Source: an uncultured delta proteobacterium | GTDB taxonomy: Bacteria; Desulfobacterota; Binatia; UBA9968 | Direction of reading: 5' to 3' | Assembly (NCBI GenBank): GCA_963727625.1 | Contig: CAVSHR010000002.1 | Location: 1 to 64,000 of the forward strand | Length of the DNA stretch: 64,000 nt | Part shown: positions 50,301 to 59,859 of the stretch, piece after piece | Layout of the letters: every line of letters begins with the position of its first letter | Numbering within the stretch: position 1 is the stretch's first letter | Made by a program: the position numbers and the translations under genes | Notes under the pieces: model-generated | The model's database searches: none | Seen by the model: the letters and a program-made list of their open reading frames with translations, nothing else | Told to the model about the DNA's origin: nothing

Positions 50301-51164
50301 ATGTCGCCGCAATTTTTCGCTCTCATCACCGCCATTTGTTACGCCTCGGCGCTAGTCTCATCACGCCGCGGACTTCAGTATTCCACCCCGGATACGGTGA
50401 CCTGCGTATCCATCGTGGTGCAAAACGTTTTGCTCTGGTCGGCGGTTTTCTCGACCGGCGGTATACCGCCATTGTCCGGGGTTGCGCTGGGGATCTTCTG
50501 CATCGTCGGTACCTTTCAAATGGGCGTGCGCCTGTTCGCTTACACCGGGGTGCTCAAGATCGGCGCGTCGCGCAGCAGCTCGCTGCAGTCGATCAGCCCG
50601 CTGATTGCCGCGACGATTGCAATCACGATTCTCAAAGAGCCGGCGAGCACGTTGATCATCGCCGGCACGGTGCTGGTCGTGTGCGGCATCGTTTTAGTGT
50701 CGTGGAAAGCGGAGCGCGAGCTGCCGAGCTTTCGTTGGTGGCATTTGCTCCTGCCGGTGGGCGCCGCTTGCCTGACCGGCGTCAATCATCCGCTGCGGCG
50801 CTACGCATTCAGTCTCTCCAACGAGCCGCTATTTTTTTCGGCGTTCATGGGTCTGGTGTCGCTCGTGGGATTTCTCATTTACCGCTCGGTCTCGCCGCAA
50901 AAGCAGCGATTGGACTGGAGCGCTGGCGCGCGATGGCCGTTTTTGTGGACGGGAGTTTCCGAGACCTTGTCGATCTTATTCATTATGACCTCTTTGAGCT
51001 TGGGGCGCGTCGTCCTGGTTGCGCCGATTGCCGCGACATATCCTGTATGGGCCCTGATCGGCGCCAAGATGTTTTTACGTGACGTGGAAAAAATAAGCTC
51101 GAGAACCGTGCTCGGTATTCTCAGTGTTGTCGCCGGGACGATCGCCATTCACCTGGGGAGATAA
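50301..51164 (+). CDS. DMT/EamA family transporter
   Basis: About ten TM helices in two repeats. Confidence 0.85.
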   Translation: MSPQFFALITAICYASALVSSRRGLQYSTPDTVTCVSIVVQNVLLWSAVFSTGGIPPLSGVALGIFCIVGTFQMGVRLFAYTGVLKIGASRSSSLQSISPLIAATIAITILKEPASTLIIAGTVLVVCGIVLVSWKAERELPSFRWWHLLLPVGAACLTGVNHPLRRYAFSLSNEPLFFSAFMGLVSLVGFLIYRSVSPQKQRLDWSAGARWPFLWTGVSETLSILFIMTSLSLGRVVLVAPIAATYPVWALIGAKMFLRDVEKISSRTVLGILSVVAGTIAIHLGR

Positions 51165-51215
51165 GCAACTGCAAAAAACGCAGCGCGGCACAGCCGCAGC
51201 CGAATCTCGGAGTAC

Positions 51216-51360
51216 CTCCCGCAAAGACGCAAAGGCCGCAAAGGAAAACGGATTGTCATTTCGACCTAGGAAAGAAATCTTTCTTAGATCCCTCGCATTC
51301 GCTCGGGATGACACGCCTCGGGGTTTCACTCGGCGACTTTGCGGGCCTTGGCGAGCGTAC
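51216..51360. repeat. nested palindromic intergenic repeat
   Basis: CGCAAAGACGCAAAGGCCGCAAAG arms around a TGTCATTTCGA..TCGGGATGACA unit. Confidence 0.6.
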
Positions 51361-51427
51361 ATGCTTCTGCTCAATCCGCTTGTCATGATAAATTGCCTCG
51401 CATAAGATTCGAGCCGGAGGTGATGCC

Positions 51428-52069
51428 GTGAAGATTTACGATATTTCATTGACCCTGTCACCCGAGTCGATTCGTTGGGTGACCGCGCAGCCGCTCGAGT
51501 TGATCGGCCGTAAACGCATGCGTAAAGGCGACACGAATAATTCCTCGTCGATTCACTCCAGCGTTCATGCCGGCACGCACGTCGATGCGCCGTTTCATTT
51601 CGTGCCCGATGGCATCACGATCGAAGCATTGCCGCTGGAAACCTTCATCGGTCCGGCGCGCGTGTGCGCCGTCGAGGCCGGCACTCATGTTACGGCGGCT
51701 GATGTCGCCAAGGCTGGGGTGCAAGGCGAGACGCGAATCTTGTTCAAAACCCGCAATTCCGAGCTGTTAAAGAAGGGCGTATACGATCCCAGCTTCGCGC
51801 CGTTTTCCGTGGACGCCGCCAAAGCGCTCGTCGATCTCGGCGTGAAACTGGTCGGGCTCGATTATCTTTCGGCAGCGGGAGCGAACGAGCAGGTGTCGGT
51901 GCACCGCGCGTTTCTCGATCACGGCGTAATCTTGCTCGAAGGGGTCGACCTATCCCAAGTGTCGCCGGGCCGCTACGAGCTCTTCTGCCCGCCGGTGAAG
52001 CTTGCCGGATCGGACGGCGCGCCGTGCCGCGCGGTGCTGCGCGAGCTGTTAGGCAGTACAGGTTTGTAG
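51428..52069 (+). CDS. cyclase family protein (kynurenine formamidase-like)
   Basis: HAGTHVDAPFH, GLDYLS, DGAPCRA. Confidence 0.9.
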   Translation: MKIYDISLTLSPESIRWVTAQPLELIGRKRMRKGDTNNSSSIHSSVHAGTHVDAPFHFVPDGITIEALPLETFIGPARVCAVEAGTHVTAADVAKAGVQGETRILFKTRNSELLKKGVYDPSFAPFSVDAAKALVDLGVKLVGLDYLSAAGANEQVSVHRAFLDHGVILLEGVDLSQVSPGRYELFCPPVKLAGSDGAPCRAVLRELLGSTGL

Positions 52070-52093
52070 GGGCGTAAAATTTTACGCCCCTAC
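52066..52093. repeat. GTAG-type REP palindrome
   Basis: Perfect 28-bp palindrome GTAGGGGCGTAAAATTTTACGCCCCTAC. Confidence 0.8.
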
Positions 52094-52134
52094 GCTTTTG
52101 CGACCAGCAACAGGATGTTTACGAACGGGTAGTT

Positions 52135-52995
52135 ATGCAACCGAGATTCAGCCCGGCCATTATTGTCCACGGCGGTGCCGGACCGATCAAAGATGAAAGT
52201 CTGCCTGCCCGGCTCGACGGCTGCGAGGCTGCGGCGTTAACGGGCTGGAAGACCCTGCAAGCAGGCGGTTCCGCGCTCGATGCCGTCGAGACGGCGGTGG
52301 TCGCACTCGAAGATAATCCACTGTTCAACGCGGGCACAGGCTCGACGCTCAATAGCCTCGGAAAGATCGAGATGGACGCGGCGGTCATGGAAGGGAGTTC
52401 GCTTCGCGCCGGCGCGGTGGCGGCCGTGAGCGGCATAAAGAATCCGATCAAACTGGCGCGTCGATTGATGGAAGATGGGCGCCATGTCATGCTCGCGGGC
52501 GAAGGCGCTCTGCTGTTCGCGCGCGAAATAGGTTTCCCCGAGTGCACGCCCGAAGCGCTCGTCGTCGACCGTGAAAAAAAGCGCTGGGAAAGCAAGCATG
52601 GCACGGTTGGATGCGTTGCCTTCGATGGGATGGGTAAATTTGCCGTTGCAACCTCGACAGGAGGCATCTTCAACAAACTGCCCGGCCGGGTCGGCGACTC
52701 GCCGTTGATCGGTTGCGGCACTTACGCGAATCAATACGGCGCGGTTTCCTGCACCGGCCAGGGCGAAGCGATCATGCGCGTCGTGATGGCGCGTGACGCC
52801 ACGCAATTGTTGCAGGATGGCATCGAGGCCGGCGACGCCGCGCGCATGGCCGTCGAAACCCTCGAGGAGCTGACCGGCAGCACCGCCGGCATCATTCTCA
52901 TCGACCGCCACGGCAGGATCGGCTATGCGCGCAACACCACGCATATGCCGGTCTGTTCGATGACAGGCCCGGGCAATGTAAAGCTGGACAACTAG
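52135..52995 (+). CDS. isoaspartyl peptidase/L-asparaginase (Ntn hydrolase)
   Basis: HGGAG, FNAG.GS, GTVG, TSTGG, GRVGDSP. Confidence 0.93.
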   Translation: MQPRFSPAIIVHGGAGPIKDESLPARLDGCEAAALTGWKTLQAGGSALDAVETAVVALEDNPLFNAGTGSTLNSLGKIEMDAAVMEGSSLRAGAVAAVSGIKNPIKLARRLMEDGRHVMLAGEGALLFAREIGFPECTPEALVVDREKKRWESKHGTVGCVAFDGMGKFAVATSTGGIFNKLPGRVGDSPLIGCGTYANQYGAVSCTGQGEAIMRVVMARDATQLLQDGIEAGDAARMAVETLEELTGSTAGIILIDRHGRIGYARNTTHMPVCSMTGPGNVKLDN

Positions 52996-53022
52996 ACGAT
53001 TGTCTCATCGAAAGGATACAAC

Positions 53023-53982
53023 ATGATCATCGACTTCGAGCATCATTATATTCCCGTCGAGCTGGGCGAGCGGATGGGCATGAAAACCGACAGCAAGGTT
53101 CCGGTTCGGCAGGGCGATGCGGCGATTCACTCGCAGCTGTTCGATCTGAACGCGCAAATTCGCGACATGGACCGTGCCGGCATCGACGTTGCCGTGCAGA
53201 GCTGTATCCTCGGCTGGGATACGACACTGGAGAACTGCAAGCTGCTGAACGACTGCACGGCGCGGGCGCAGAAAGATTTTGCCGGCCGTTTTGTCGGCTT
53301 GGCTCATATTCCGCCGTTGGGCGAGGAAGCCGCGCTGGCGGAATTAACCCGCGCGGTGAGCGAGCTCGGCTTGAAGGGCGTGACGATCGCGTCGCAGGCA
53401 AGCGGCTTGTCACTCGATGCCAAGGAGTTTCAGCCGATTTTCGCGCGTGCGTCCGAGCTCGGTGCGGTGGTTTTCGTTCATCCGGCCCTGGGCCCGAAGG
53501 GCTATGATCTTATGAAAGATTACATGTTGCCGGTGATTCTCACCCGCGAGTTTGATCTGGGTGTCGCCGTGACCCGGCTGATCGCCGGCGGCGTGCTCGA
53601 CCGTTACCCCGAGCTGCGACTCGTCTTTGCTCATTTCGGCGGCGGCATGGCCGGTTACAAGGAAAGAATTTCCCGGTCCTCCTATCGGTTCAAATTGCCA
53701 AAGTCCTTCGACGATTATTTTAACCTTCTCTATTTTGACATGGCCGGTTACGAGGGCAGCCCGATTGCGCTGCGCTGCGCGCTGGAGGGCATCCGTCCTG
53801 AGCGCATGCTTTTCGCCACGGACTACCCGCAAAATTTTAACAGCAGCGATCCAAAACAGGGGAAGAGTATCGACGGTGTCGCCGAGTATATCAACGAGAT
53901 CCGCGGGCTGCCGCTGGACGAGAAAGCTAAAGAGAGCATGCTCGGCGGCACGGCCGCGAAGCTGCTAAAGATCGCGCAGTAA
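53023..53982 (+). CDS. amidohydrolase_2 family (ACMSD-like) protein
   Basis: IDFEHH, FVHP, AHFGG, FATDYP. Confidence 0.88.
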   Translation: MIIDFEHHYIPVELGERMGMKTDSKVPVRQGDAAIHSQLFDLNAQIRDMDRAGIDVAVQSCILGWDTTLENCKLLNDCTARAQKDFAGRFVGLAHIPPLGEEAALAELTRAVSELGLKGVTIASQASGLSLDAKEFQPIFARASELGAVVFVHPALGPKGYDLMKDYMLPVILTREFDLGVAVTRLIAGGVLDRYPELRLVFAHFGGGMAGYKERISRSSYRFKLPKSFDDYFNLLYFDMAGYEGSPIALRCALEGIRPERMLFATDYPQNFNSSDPKQGKSIDGVAEYINEIRGLPLDEKAKESMLGGTAAKLLKIAQ

Positions 53983-54007
53983 GCAGACCAACAACAGGAG
54001 GGCAGAG

Positions 54008-54598
54008 ATGTTACGGATCAAAGGCATCGGCAAAGAGGAAGCTTCCGAGGAGACGCGTCAAATTTTCGAGGAGCAAGAAAAACAATACGGTTCGATTCTC
54101 AATACGGCGAAGGTCTACGGCCTGCGGCCGACCATTCAAAAAGGTGTGCAGGCGCTGCAAGCGGGGATCCTCGCTTCGGGATTGATCGGCGCCGACCTGC
54201 GCCATTTGTTGTGCATGAAAGCCGCCAGCGTCAACGGTTGCCCTTATTGAATCGACATCAACGCATCCAGTGGGATGCGCAACGGGGCGCCGGCGGAGAA
54301 GGTGGAGGCGGCACTGGGCGTTTACAAAAAGAGCCCGCTCTTTTCCATGCGCGAAAAACTGGCGTTGGAGCTGTGCGAGCGGATGACTTACACTAACAAG
54401 CGGGTGACGGACCGCTTCTTCAAGCGACTCCAGCGCCATTTCTCCGAAGAAGAGCTGGTCGAGCTGGCGGCGATCATCGGCCTGGAAAATTTCCGCAGCA
54501 AGTTCAATCCGGTCTTCGCCGTCGAGGCCCAAGGCTTCTGTCCGCTGCCGGCGGTAAAGGAAGTCGCGGCTCAGGCGGCCAGCCACTTTCATAAGTAA
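54008..54598 (+). CDS. carboxymuconolactone decarboxylase/AhpD-like probable selenoprotein (CxxU, Sec81)
   Basis: ASVNGCPY-TGA(54248)-IDINA joins ORFs 54008..54250 and 54275..54598 in frame; SECIS-like hairpin follows. Confidence 0.88.
54262..54279 (+). promoter_or_regulatory. putative bacterial SECIS
   Basis: Perfect 7-bp stem CGCATCC-AGTG-GGATGCG after an 11-nt spacer. Confidence 0.7.
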
Positions 54599-54610
54599 GC
54601 CGAACCGGTC

Positions 54611-54834
54611 GAGAGGTTGAAGATGCGGGAGGTTTTACGATTCTGCGCGCGATCGCGATTTTGGTTTTCGTTCTTCTAGCGCAATCGTCCCCGGCCGCGT
54701 CGAGGCCAACAAAATTTACTATCCCCGTGCTGTCGAAGAGCCTCTCGATCATGCCGTACTAACTCATTGCCAAGATGTTCAGGCCGGATGATTTGGAAGA
54801 TGTGAGCGTGTTGAAGAAAGTGCAGGACCGTTAA
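54611..54834 (+). pseudogene. internally deleted substrate-binding protein remnant
   Basis: Signal-like ILRAIAILVFVLLA..SLSIMPY*LIAK is fused to a C-terminal-like DVSVLKKVQDR*. Confidence 0.45.
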
Positions 54835-54853
54835 GTCTGATGATGGACCCCGC

Positions 54854-55876
54854 TTACCGTTTGTAATTCTCGCTTCCCCAGATCTCTTTCATAAAGCCGC
54901 TTTTTTCCAGATTATTGACGAAGCTGTTGTCATAGATCTCTTCGGGTTTTCTTCTGACCGGCGCGCCGTTTTCGCGGGCAAGCTCGACGGCTTCGGCGAC
55001 GGCTTTGGCCGGAACAACCATGGTACGGTCGAGGATTTCCCGGGCGTAAACATCATAGGCGGATTGCAACGCCTGCGGGTCTTTGGTGCGCATGGCTTTG
55101 CCTATGGAGGCCTTGGCCTTGTCGGGATTCTTCTCGACGAAGTGGATGATTTCTGCGAAGGCGGCAACCATGCGCTGGACGATCTCGGGGCGCTCGCGCA
55201 GCATCTTGTAACTGGTGTGAAGCGAGCTGTAGACGAACGGCAGGTTGAGATTGATCAAGCGGTAGAGCACGTTGAATCCTTGGTTTTTGGCGCGCACATC
55301 AAGGGGCGGCGTAATGATGACGCCCTGGACGATGCCCGCGGCCATAGCTTGGTAGCGCTCGCCCTGGCTGCCGCCGATGGGGCGAATCGTGACGGACTCA
55401 GGAGGCAGCCCCATTTTTTTCACCACTGCCCGCGAAAGCCGATCGCTCAAGTCACCGACACGCGCGACGCCCAAGGCTTTTCCCTTAAGATCCTCGGGGC
55501 GCTTGATCTCCGGACGGGTGACCAATACGTAGGGTAACTTGACCAGCGGCGAGGCGATGATTTTTGCGTCGATGCCCGCTGCCAAACCGGGGATGGTCGC
55601 GTCGGCGGCACAGTAGGTGAATTGAACTTCGTCGCCGGAAAGCGCCGAGAGATTGGGACCGCTGCCGCGGATAAAAATATTCTCGAATTTCATGCCGTAC
55701 TTGTCGAACAAGCCGTTGTCGAGCGCCGTGTAGAGGTGCACGAAGCCGCCGGAAACAGCGCAGGTCGAAATTCTAAAATTAAGGACCTTCTCGCCTGGTT
55801 TCGGCAGGTAGGGATTGGCGAAAGCGACGGAGGCAACCAGAACGTAAAGGCAGGCGACGATTGCTAATTTCTTCAT
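54854..55876 (-). CDS. NitT/TauT ABC substrate-binding protein
   Basis: Signal peptide; GLFDKYG, DLKGK.LGV, YDNSFV. Confidence 0.87.
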   Translation of the reverse strand: MKKLAIVACLYVLVASVAFANPYLPKPGEKVLNFRISTCAVSGGFVHLYTALDNGLFDKYGMKFENIFIRGSGPNLSALSGDEVQFTYCAADATIPGLAAGIDAKIIASPLVKLPYVLVTRPEIKRPEDLKGKALGVARVGDLSDRLSRAVVKKMGLPPESVTIRPIGGSQGERYQAMAAGIVQGVIITPPLDVRAKNQGFNVLYRLINLNLPFVYSSLHTSYKMLRERPEIVQRMVAAFAEIIHFVEKNPDKAKASIGKAMRTKDPQALQSAYDVYAREILDRTMVVPAKAVAEAVELARENGAPVRRKPEEIYDNSFVNNLEKSGFMKEIWGSENYKR

Positions 55877-56232
55877 AATGGCTGGAATCTACTCTAAACC
55901 CGACGGGCTTGTAAATAGAGAATCAGTCATTCCGGAATTCAACCCAAGACCGGTCGAATTCCGGTGGTTTTGCCGGTCAGGTATCTAGATTTCCGGTAAC
56001 GCGACAATCCGTGGAGGCTCGAATTTAGAAGGCAAGTATGCGGGATGTCGCCACTCGAAGCAGCGTCGGCCGTTCGCCGGCTCGCGGTAGAAAAGGATTG
56101 GCCGCTCGTAAAGGGAAATTTAAATGAGCGTCTGTTGACGTTTTACCGCGGGCTGACTTATTTATGGGGTGGTCCGGTTGCGAATCGGCGCGCCGCCGAT
56201 TGAATTAGAGCTTGGTTTGAAATGAGGTCAAT

Positions 56233-57189
56233 ATGCTCCGTAAAAAGAATTGGATGAAGATAATAACAATTGCGTTCGTGCTCTTGTACGGCTCGAAGGG
56301 CTCATACGGGCAGACGCAAAAGATCCGCATCTCGCTGTCGAGCCGAAGCAACACCAACACATCCTATTATGTCGCGCAAGCCAAGGGATTATTCAAAGAC
56401 GAAGGATTGGAGGTCGAGTTTATTCAGGTCAATCCCCGTCTTGGCGCCATGGCGGTATTGAACGGGGATGTGACCTTTACGACATCTTTCGTCAGCACCT
56501 TCCGCGGCGTCGTCCAGGGGTTGCCGATGAAGACTGTCTTCATCTTGCTCAAGAAGGGCGTTTATTTCTTAATGGTGCGGCCCGATATCATCAAGGATAT
56601 TCAAGATCTGAAAGGCAAGAAATTGGGCGTCACGGCGGTCAATGGCGGCGATCACATCATCGGCAGGGAGCTGCTGCGCATGAAAGGATTCGATCCGAGT
56701 CTGGTGCAGGCGATCGCCGTGGGTGCCCCGTCATTAAGGCTTCAGGCGGTGGTCACCGGCGCCGTGCAGGCGGTTTCTGTGCCGCCGCCGTACGATTTGA
56801 TGCTGCAAAAAATGGGCTTAAAAGCTATTTCCGGCCCGCCGGAAATCGGCGTGCCATCGTCGGGGCTGTTCGCCGCCAACAAGCTAATAAATGAAAATCC
56901 ACAAATCCTACGGCACACGATCCGGGCTCTGCTCAAAGCCAACCGTTTCATAGAAGCCAACCGTGAAGAGACGATCCGCATCATGGCTAACGCAGTGCAG
57001 CAACCACCGGAGACCGCGGCGCGTTCTTACGACGTGGAGCTCAAAGCGCTCGCCAAGGACGGCACGATGACCGACGCGGAGATCGAGTTTCAGATGGCGC
57101 GCTTGGCGGACAAAAAGCGGCCGCTGGACGAGATCCGCGATTTTTCCTTCGCACGCCAGGCGCTCAAGGAATTGGAATCGGGAAAGTAG
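56233..57189 (+). CDS. NitT/TauT ABC substrate-binding protein
   Basis: VAQAKGLFKDEGL, DLKGKKLGV, DFSF. Confidence 0.87.
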   Translation: MLRKKNWMKIITIAFVLLYGSKGSYGQTQKIRISLSSRSNTNTSYYVAQAKGLFKDEGLEVEFIQVNPRLGAMAVLNGDVTFTTSFVSTFRGVVQGLPMKTVFILLKKGVYFLMVRPDIIKDIQDLKGKKLGVTAVNGGDHIIGRELLRMKGFDPSLVQAIAVGAPSLRLQAVVTGAVQAVSVPPPYDLMLQKMGLKAISGPPEIGVPSSGLFAANKLINENPQILRHTIRALLKANRFIEANREETIRIMANAVQQPPETAARSYDVELKALAKDGTMTDAEIEFQMARLADKKRPLDEIRDFSFARQALKELESGK

Positions 57190-57196
57190 CTCTAGG

Positions 57197-57433
57197 TCAG
57201 CGGTTGGTTGGGCCAAGCGTTTCCAACGATTTTGGTTGACGGCGCTGCAGGCGCAGTCCCTTCAGCCCCAGGGCGAGCAACATGAGCCGCATCATCAGCC
57301 AACCAGAGGCGGATTTGAGCTGCGGGTCATTAAAAATATTTTCATGCGTCAGAACTTCGAACCAGGCCAAGCCGACGCCGGATAGAAACAGGATTGACAA
57401 GAACAAAGCCGTGTAGCGCACCAAGGGTTTCAT
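57197..57433 (-). CDS. small membrane hypothetical protein
   Basis: 78 aa with two hydrophobic segments. Confidence 0.4.
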   Translation of the reverse strand: MKPLVRYTALFLSILFLSGVGLAWFEVLTHENIFNDPQLKSASGWLMMRLMLLALGLKGLRLQRRQPKSLETLGPTNR

Positions 57434-57471
57434 GGACAGATTGTTCGATAGGAGTGCTTTCTCCGGTCAGA

Positions 57472-57957
57472 TCACGGCCGAATGCAAATCGTTGTGACAG
57501 CGGCGATTTGGTATATGCCCGACATGAAACGGCAAATGCACAGCTCGACCGGGCCTAACTTCGACAACTTCTTCACCCGGTCGATGACTTCCTTGCGGCC
57601 GAGCATTTGGTCGAGATAGATCCCGCTGCCGGGCATGCCGAGAGTCAAGCCGTCGGGCTTCGCAACGCCGAAGACATAACTTGTCGCGGTTAATGAACCG
57701 GCGCCGGGCATGTTCTGGACGATGATATTCGGATTGCCCGGGATATGCTTGCCCATGTGGCGAGCGAGGATGCGGGCGTAATGGTCATAAAGGCCGCCCG
57801 CGCTGAAGCCGACGATGATGCGAATGGTTTTGTCTTTGTAAAACAGCGTCGATTGGGCTTGTAATCGGGCGCTGAAGATCGACCCAAAAACCACGATCGT
57901 CACAGCGCTGATTACAGCCAATCCGAAGATGCTGTTCCTGTTTGCGCGAGTTTTCAT
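57472..57957 (-). pseudogene. Bug/TctC tricarboxylate-binding protein, internally deleted
   Basis: GFSAGGLYD, NMPGAGS and PDGLT, then jumps to a C-terminus-like KEVIDRVKKL. Confidence 0.7.
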
Positions 57958-58064
57958 CCTGACCTCCGTGGCTAAATGGCTCACCCGCTTGTACGGGAAG
58001 TCCCTGTGTCTCTACAATCGGATGCTTGACAGGTTTGTCTGCGCGGTTTTACTTTCTAATCATA

Positions 58065-58769
58065 ATGAGTTTGTTGAACTTTCCCGGCATCGCCGTGATT
58101 CCTGCGGGTTGGTTTCTCATGGGCAGCGACCAGGGACAGGAAAACGAACGGCCCCGGCGTCGCGTCCGGATTGATAGCTTCGGCATCGCTCAATTTCCCG
58201 TGACGAATCGTGAATACAAAGAATTTCTCGCCGATACCCAGCGGCCGGCGCCTCCCTTTTGGGGAGACCCGGTGTTTGCCGGATCATGCCAGCCGGTAGT
58301 GGGCGTCGATTGGTACGAAGCTGAGGCGTATTGTCGCTGGTTGAGCGAGCGGACGGGCACGGAAATGCGTCTGCCCTCGGAGGCCGAACGGGAGCGCGCC
58401 GCGCGCGGCCAGCTGGAAGGCGCGGCTTACCCCTGGGGGGATGAGCCGCCGTGGGAACGAGCTTACAAGGGCTGCGATCAAAAAACCGGCGGCCCGGCGC
58501 CGGTGGGAGGCAACGAGCCGAACGGTTTCGGGCTCTACGATATGAGCGAAGGTGTGCATGAGTGGTGCAGCGATTATTACGATTACAATTATTACCGCTA
58601 TGCGCCGGCAAAAAATCCGCTCGGCCCGCGGTCCGGACAGCGCCGCTCATCGCGCGGCGGCTCATGGCGGCATAAAATTAAATTCAGCCGCTGCGCCGCG
58701 CGCAGCTCGCTGCCGCCGAGCTTTAAATATTCCGACTACGGTTTTAGAGTGGCGATGACGATAGCATGA
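58065..58769 (+). CDS. formylglycine-generating enzyme (SUMF1) domain protein
   Basis: FLMGS, RLPSEAE.E.AARG, NGFGLYDM, RGGSW, GFRV. Confidence 0.88.
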   Translation: MSLLNFPGIAVIPAGWFLMGSDQGQENERPRRRVRIDSFGIAQFPVTNREYKEFLADTQRPAPPFWGDPVFAGSCQPVVGVDWYEAEAYCRWLSERTGTEMRLPSEAERERAARGQLEGAAYPWGDEPPWERAYKGCDQKTGGPAPVGGNEPNGFGLYDMSEGVHEWCSDYYDYNYYRYAPAKNPLGPRSGQRRSSRGGSWRHKIKFSRCAARSSLPPSFKYSDYGFRVAMTIA

Positions 58770-58848
58770 ACCAGTTCAAGTTGTTCAAAACGTTTGATTG
58801 GGATTTTGAAAATCCCGGATACGACTCTCGGTGATGGATTAACAGAGC

Positions 58849-59859
58849 ATGTACGCGAAACGCTTTGTCAATTTTCTTGCCGACCCCGATGTGGCCATCG
58901 ATCTCGGCACGGCGAACACGCGAGTTTTTGTCCTTAACCGCGGCGTGGTCGCGGAGCAGCCGACCAGAGTTTTGTCGGGTGGCGCAGCATCCCACACAAA
59001 CGAGGTTCCCGATCGGAAGATGACCGGACCGGCGCAGGAGCTCTCGGTGCCTCTATGCGGCGGTGTCGTTCACGATATCGACGCTGCCGCGCAGCTGCTC
59101 GGCGGATTGCTGCGCCGGGCGCGCCGGCTCGGCTGGATCAAGCCGAGGGCGATCGTTTGCGCGCCCTCCGACGCCAATTCCGCAGAGCGCGCTAATTTAA
59201 TCGAGACGGTGCGCCGTTCGGGCATCTCGCAAATTAAAATTTTGCCCGAGCCCTTGGCCTCGGCGGTAGGCGCCGGACTCGACATTTCCTCCTCCTACGG
59301 CCAGATGCTGGTCGACATCGGCGACGGGGTCACGGATTTAGCCGTGATTCGCTCGCGCCGGATCATCGCGACTCGAACGACGCGCCACGCCGCGGGCGAC
59401 TTGCGCGCGGCCTTGCAAGCCCTCGTGCGCCACCGAAAAAATTTAAATTTACGGCAGCGCGAGGCTGAACGCTTGGTTCAACAAAACGGCGTCATCGACC
59501 AAGCGAAACCAGAGCGACCGCTGTCCGCCATGGCGCTGGACCCCGGCGGCGCTGCCGTGCCGATCGAACTCCAGCCGAGAGAAGTCGTCGAGGCGGTTGA
59601 CCCGGTGCTCGCGAAAATCGTCGAATTGATCCGCGCCACGCTCAAGGACTTGCCTGCGGAGTTGGCCGTCGAGGTGCTAGAAAGCGGCATCTGCCTCAGC
59701 GGCGGCGGCGCCTGTTTGCGCGGGATTGATCATTTGATCGCGCGCGAGACATGCGCCGAGGTCAGAATCGCCGCCGATCCGTTGCGCAGCACCATCATCG
59801 GCGCTGGCGAGATCCTTGCCGGTCTCAGCCAGACCGGATCGTGGGAAACCGATTGGTAG
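58849..59859 (+). CDS. MreB-like actin ATPase (divergent orphan paralog)
   Basis: IDLGTANT, EPLASAVGAGL, VDIGDG.TD, LSGGGA. Confidence 0.85.
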   Translation: MYAKRFVNFLADPDVAIDLGTANTRVFVLNRGVVAEQPTRVLSGGAASHTNEVPDRKMTGPAQELSVPLCGGVVHDIDAAAQLLGGLLRRARRLGWIKPRAIVCAPSDANSAERANLIETVRRSGISQIKILPEPLASAVGAGLDISSSYGQMLVDIGDGVTDLAVIRSRRIIATRTTRHAAGDLRAALQALVRHRKNLNLRQREAERLVQQNGVIDQAKPERPLSAMALDPGGAAVPIELQPREVVEAVDPVLAKIVELIRATLKDLPAELAVEVLESGICLSGGGACLRGIDHLIARETCAEVRIAADPLRSTIIGAGEILAGLSQTGSWETDW

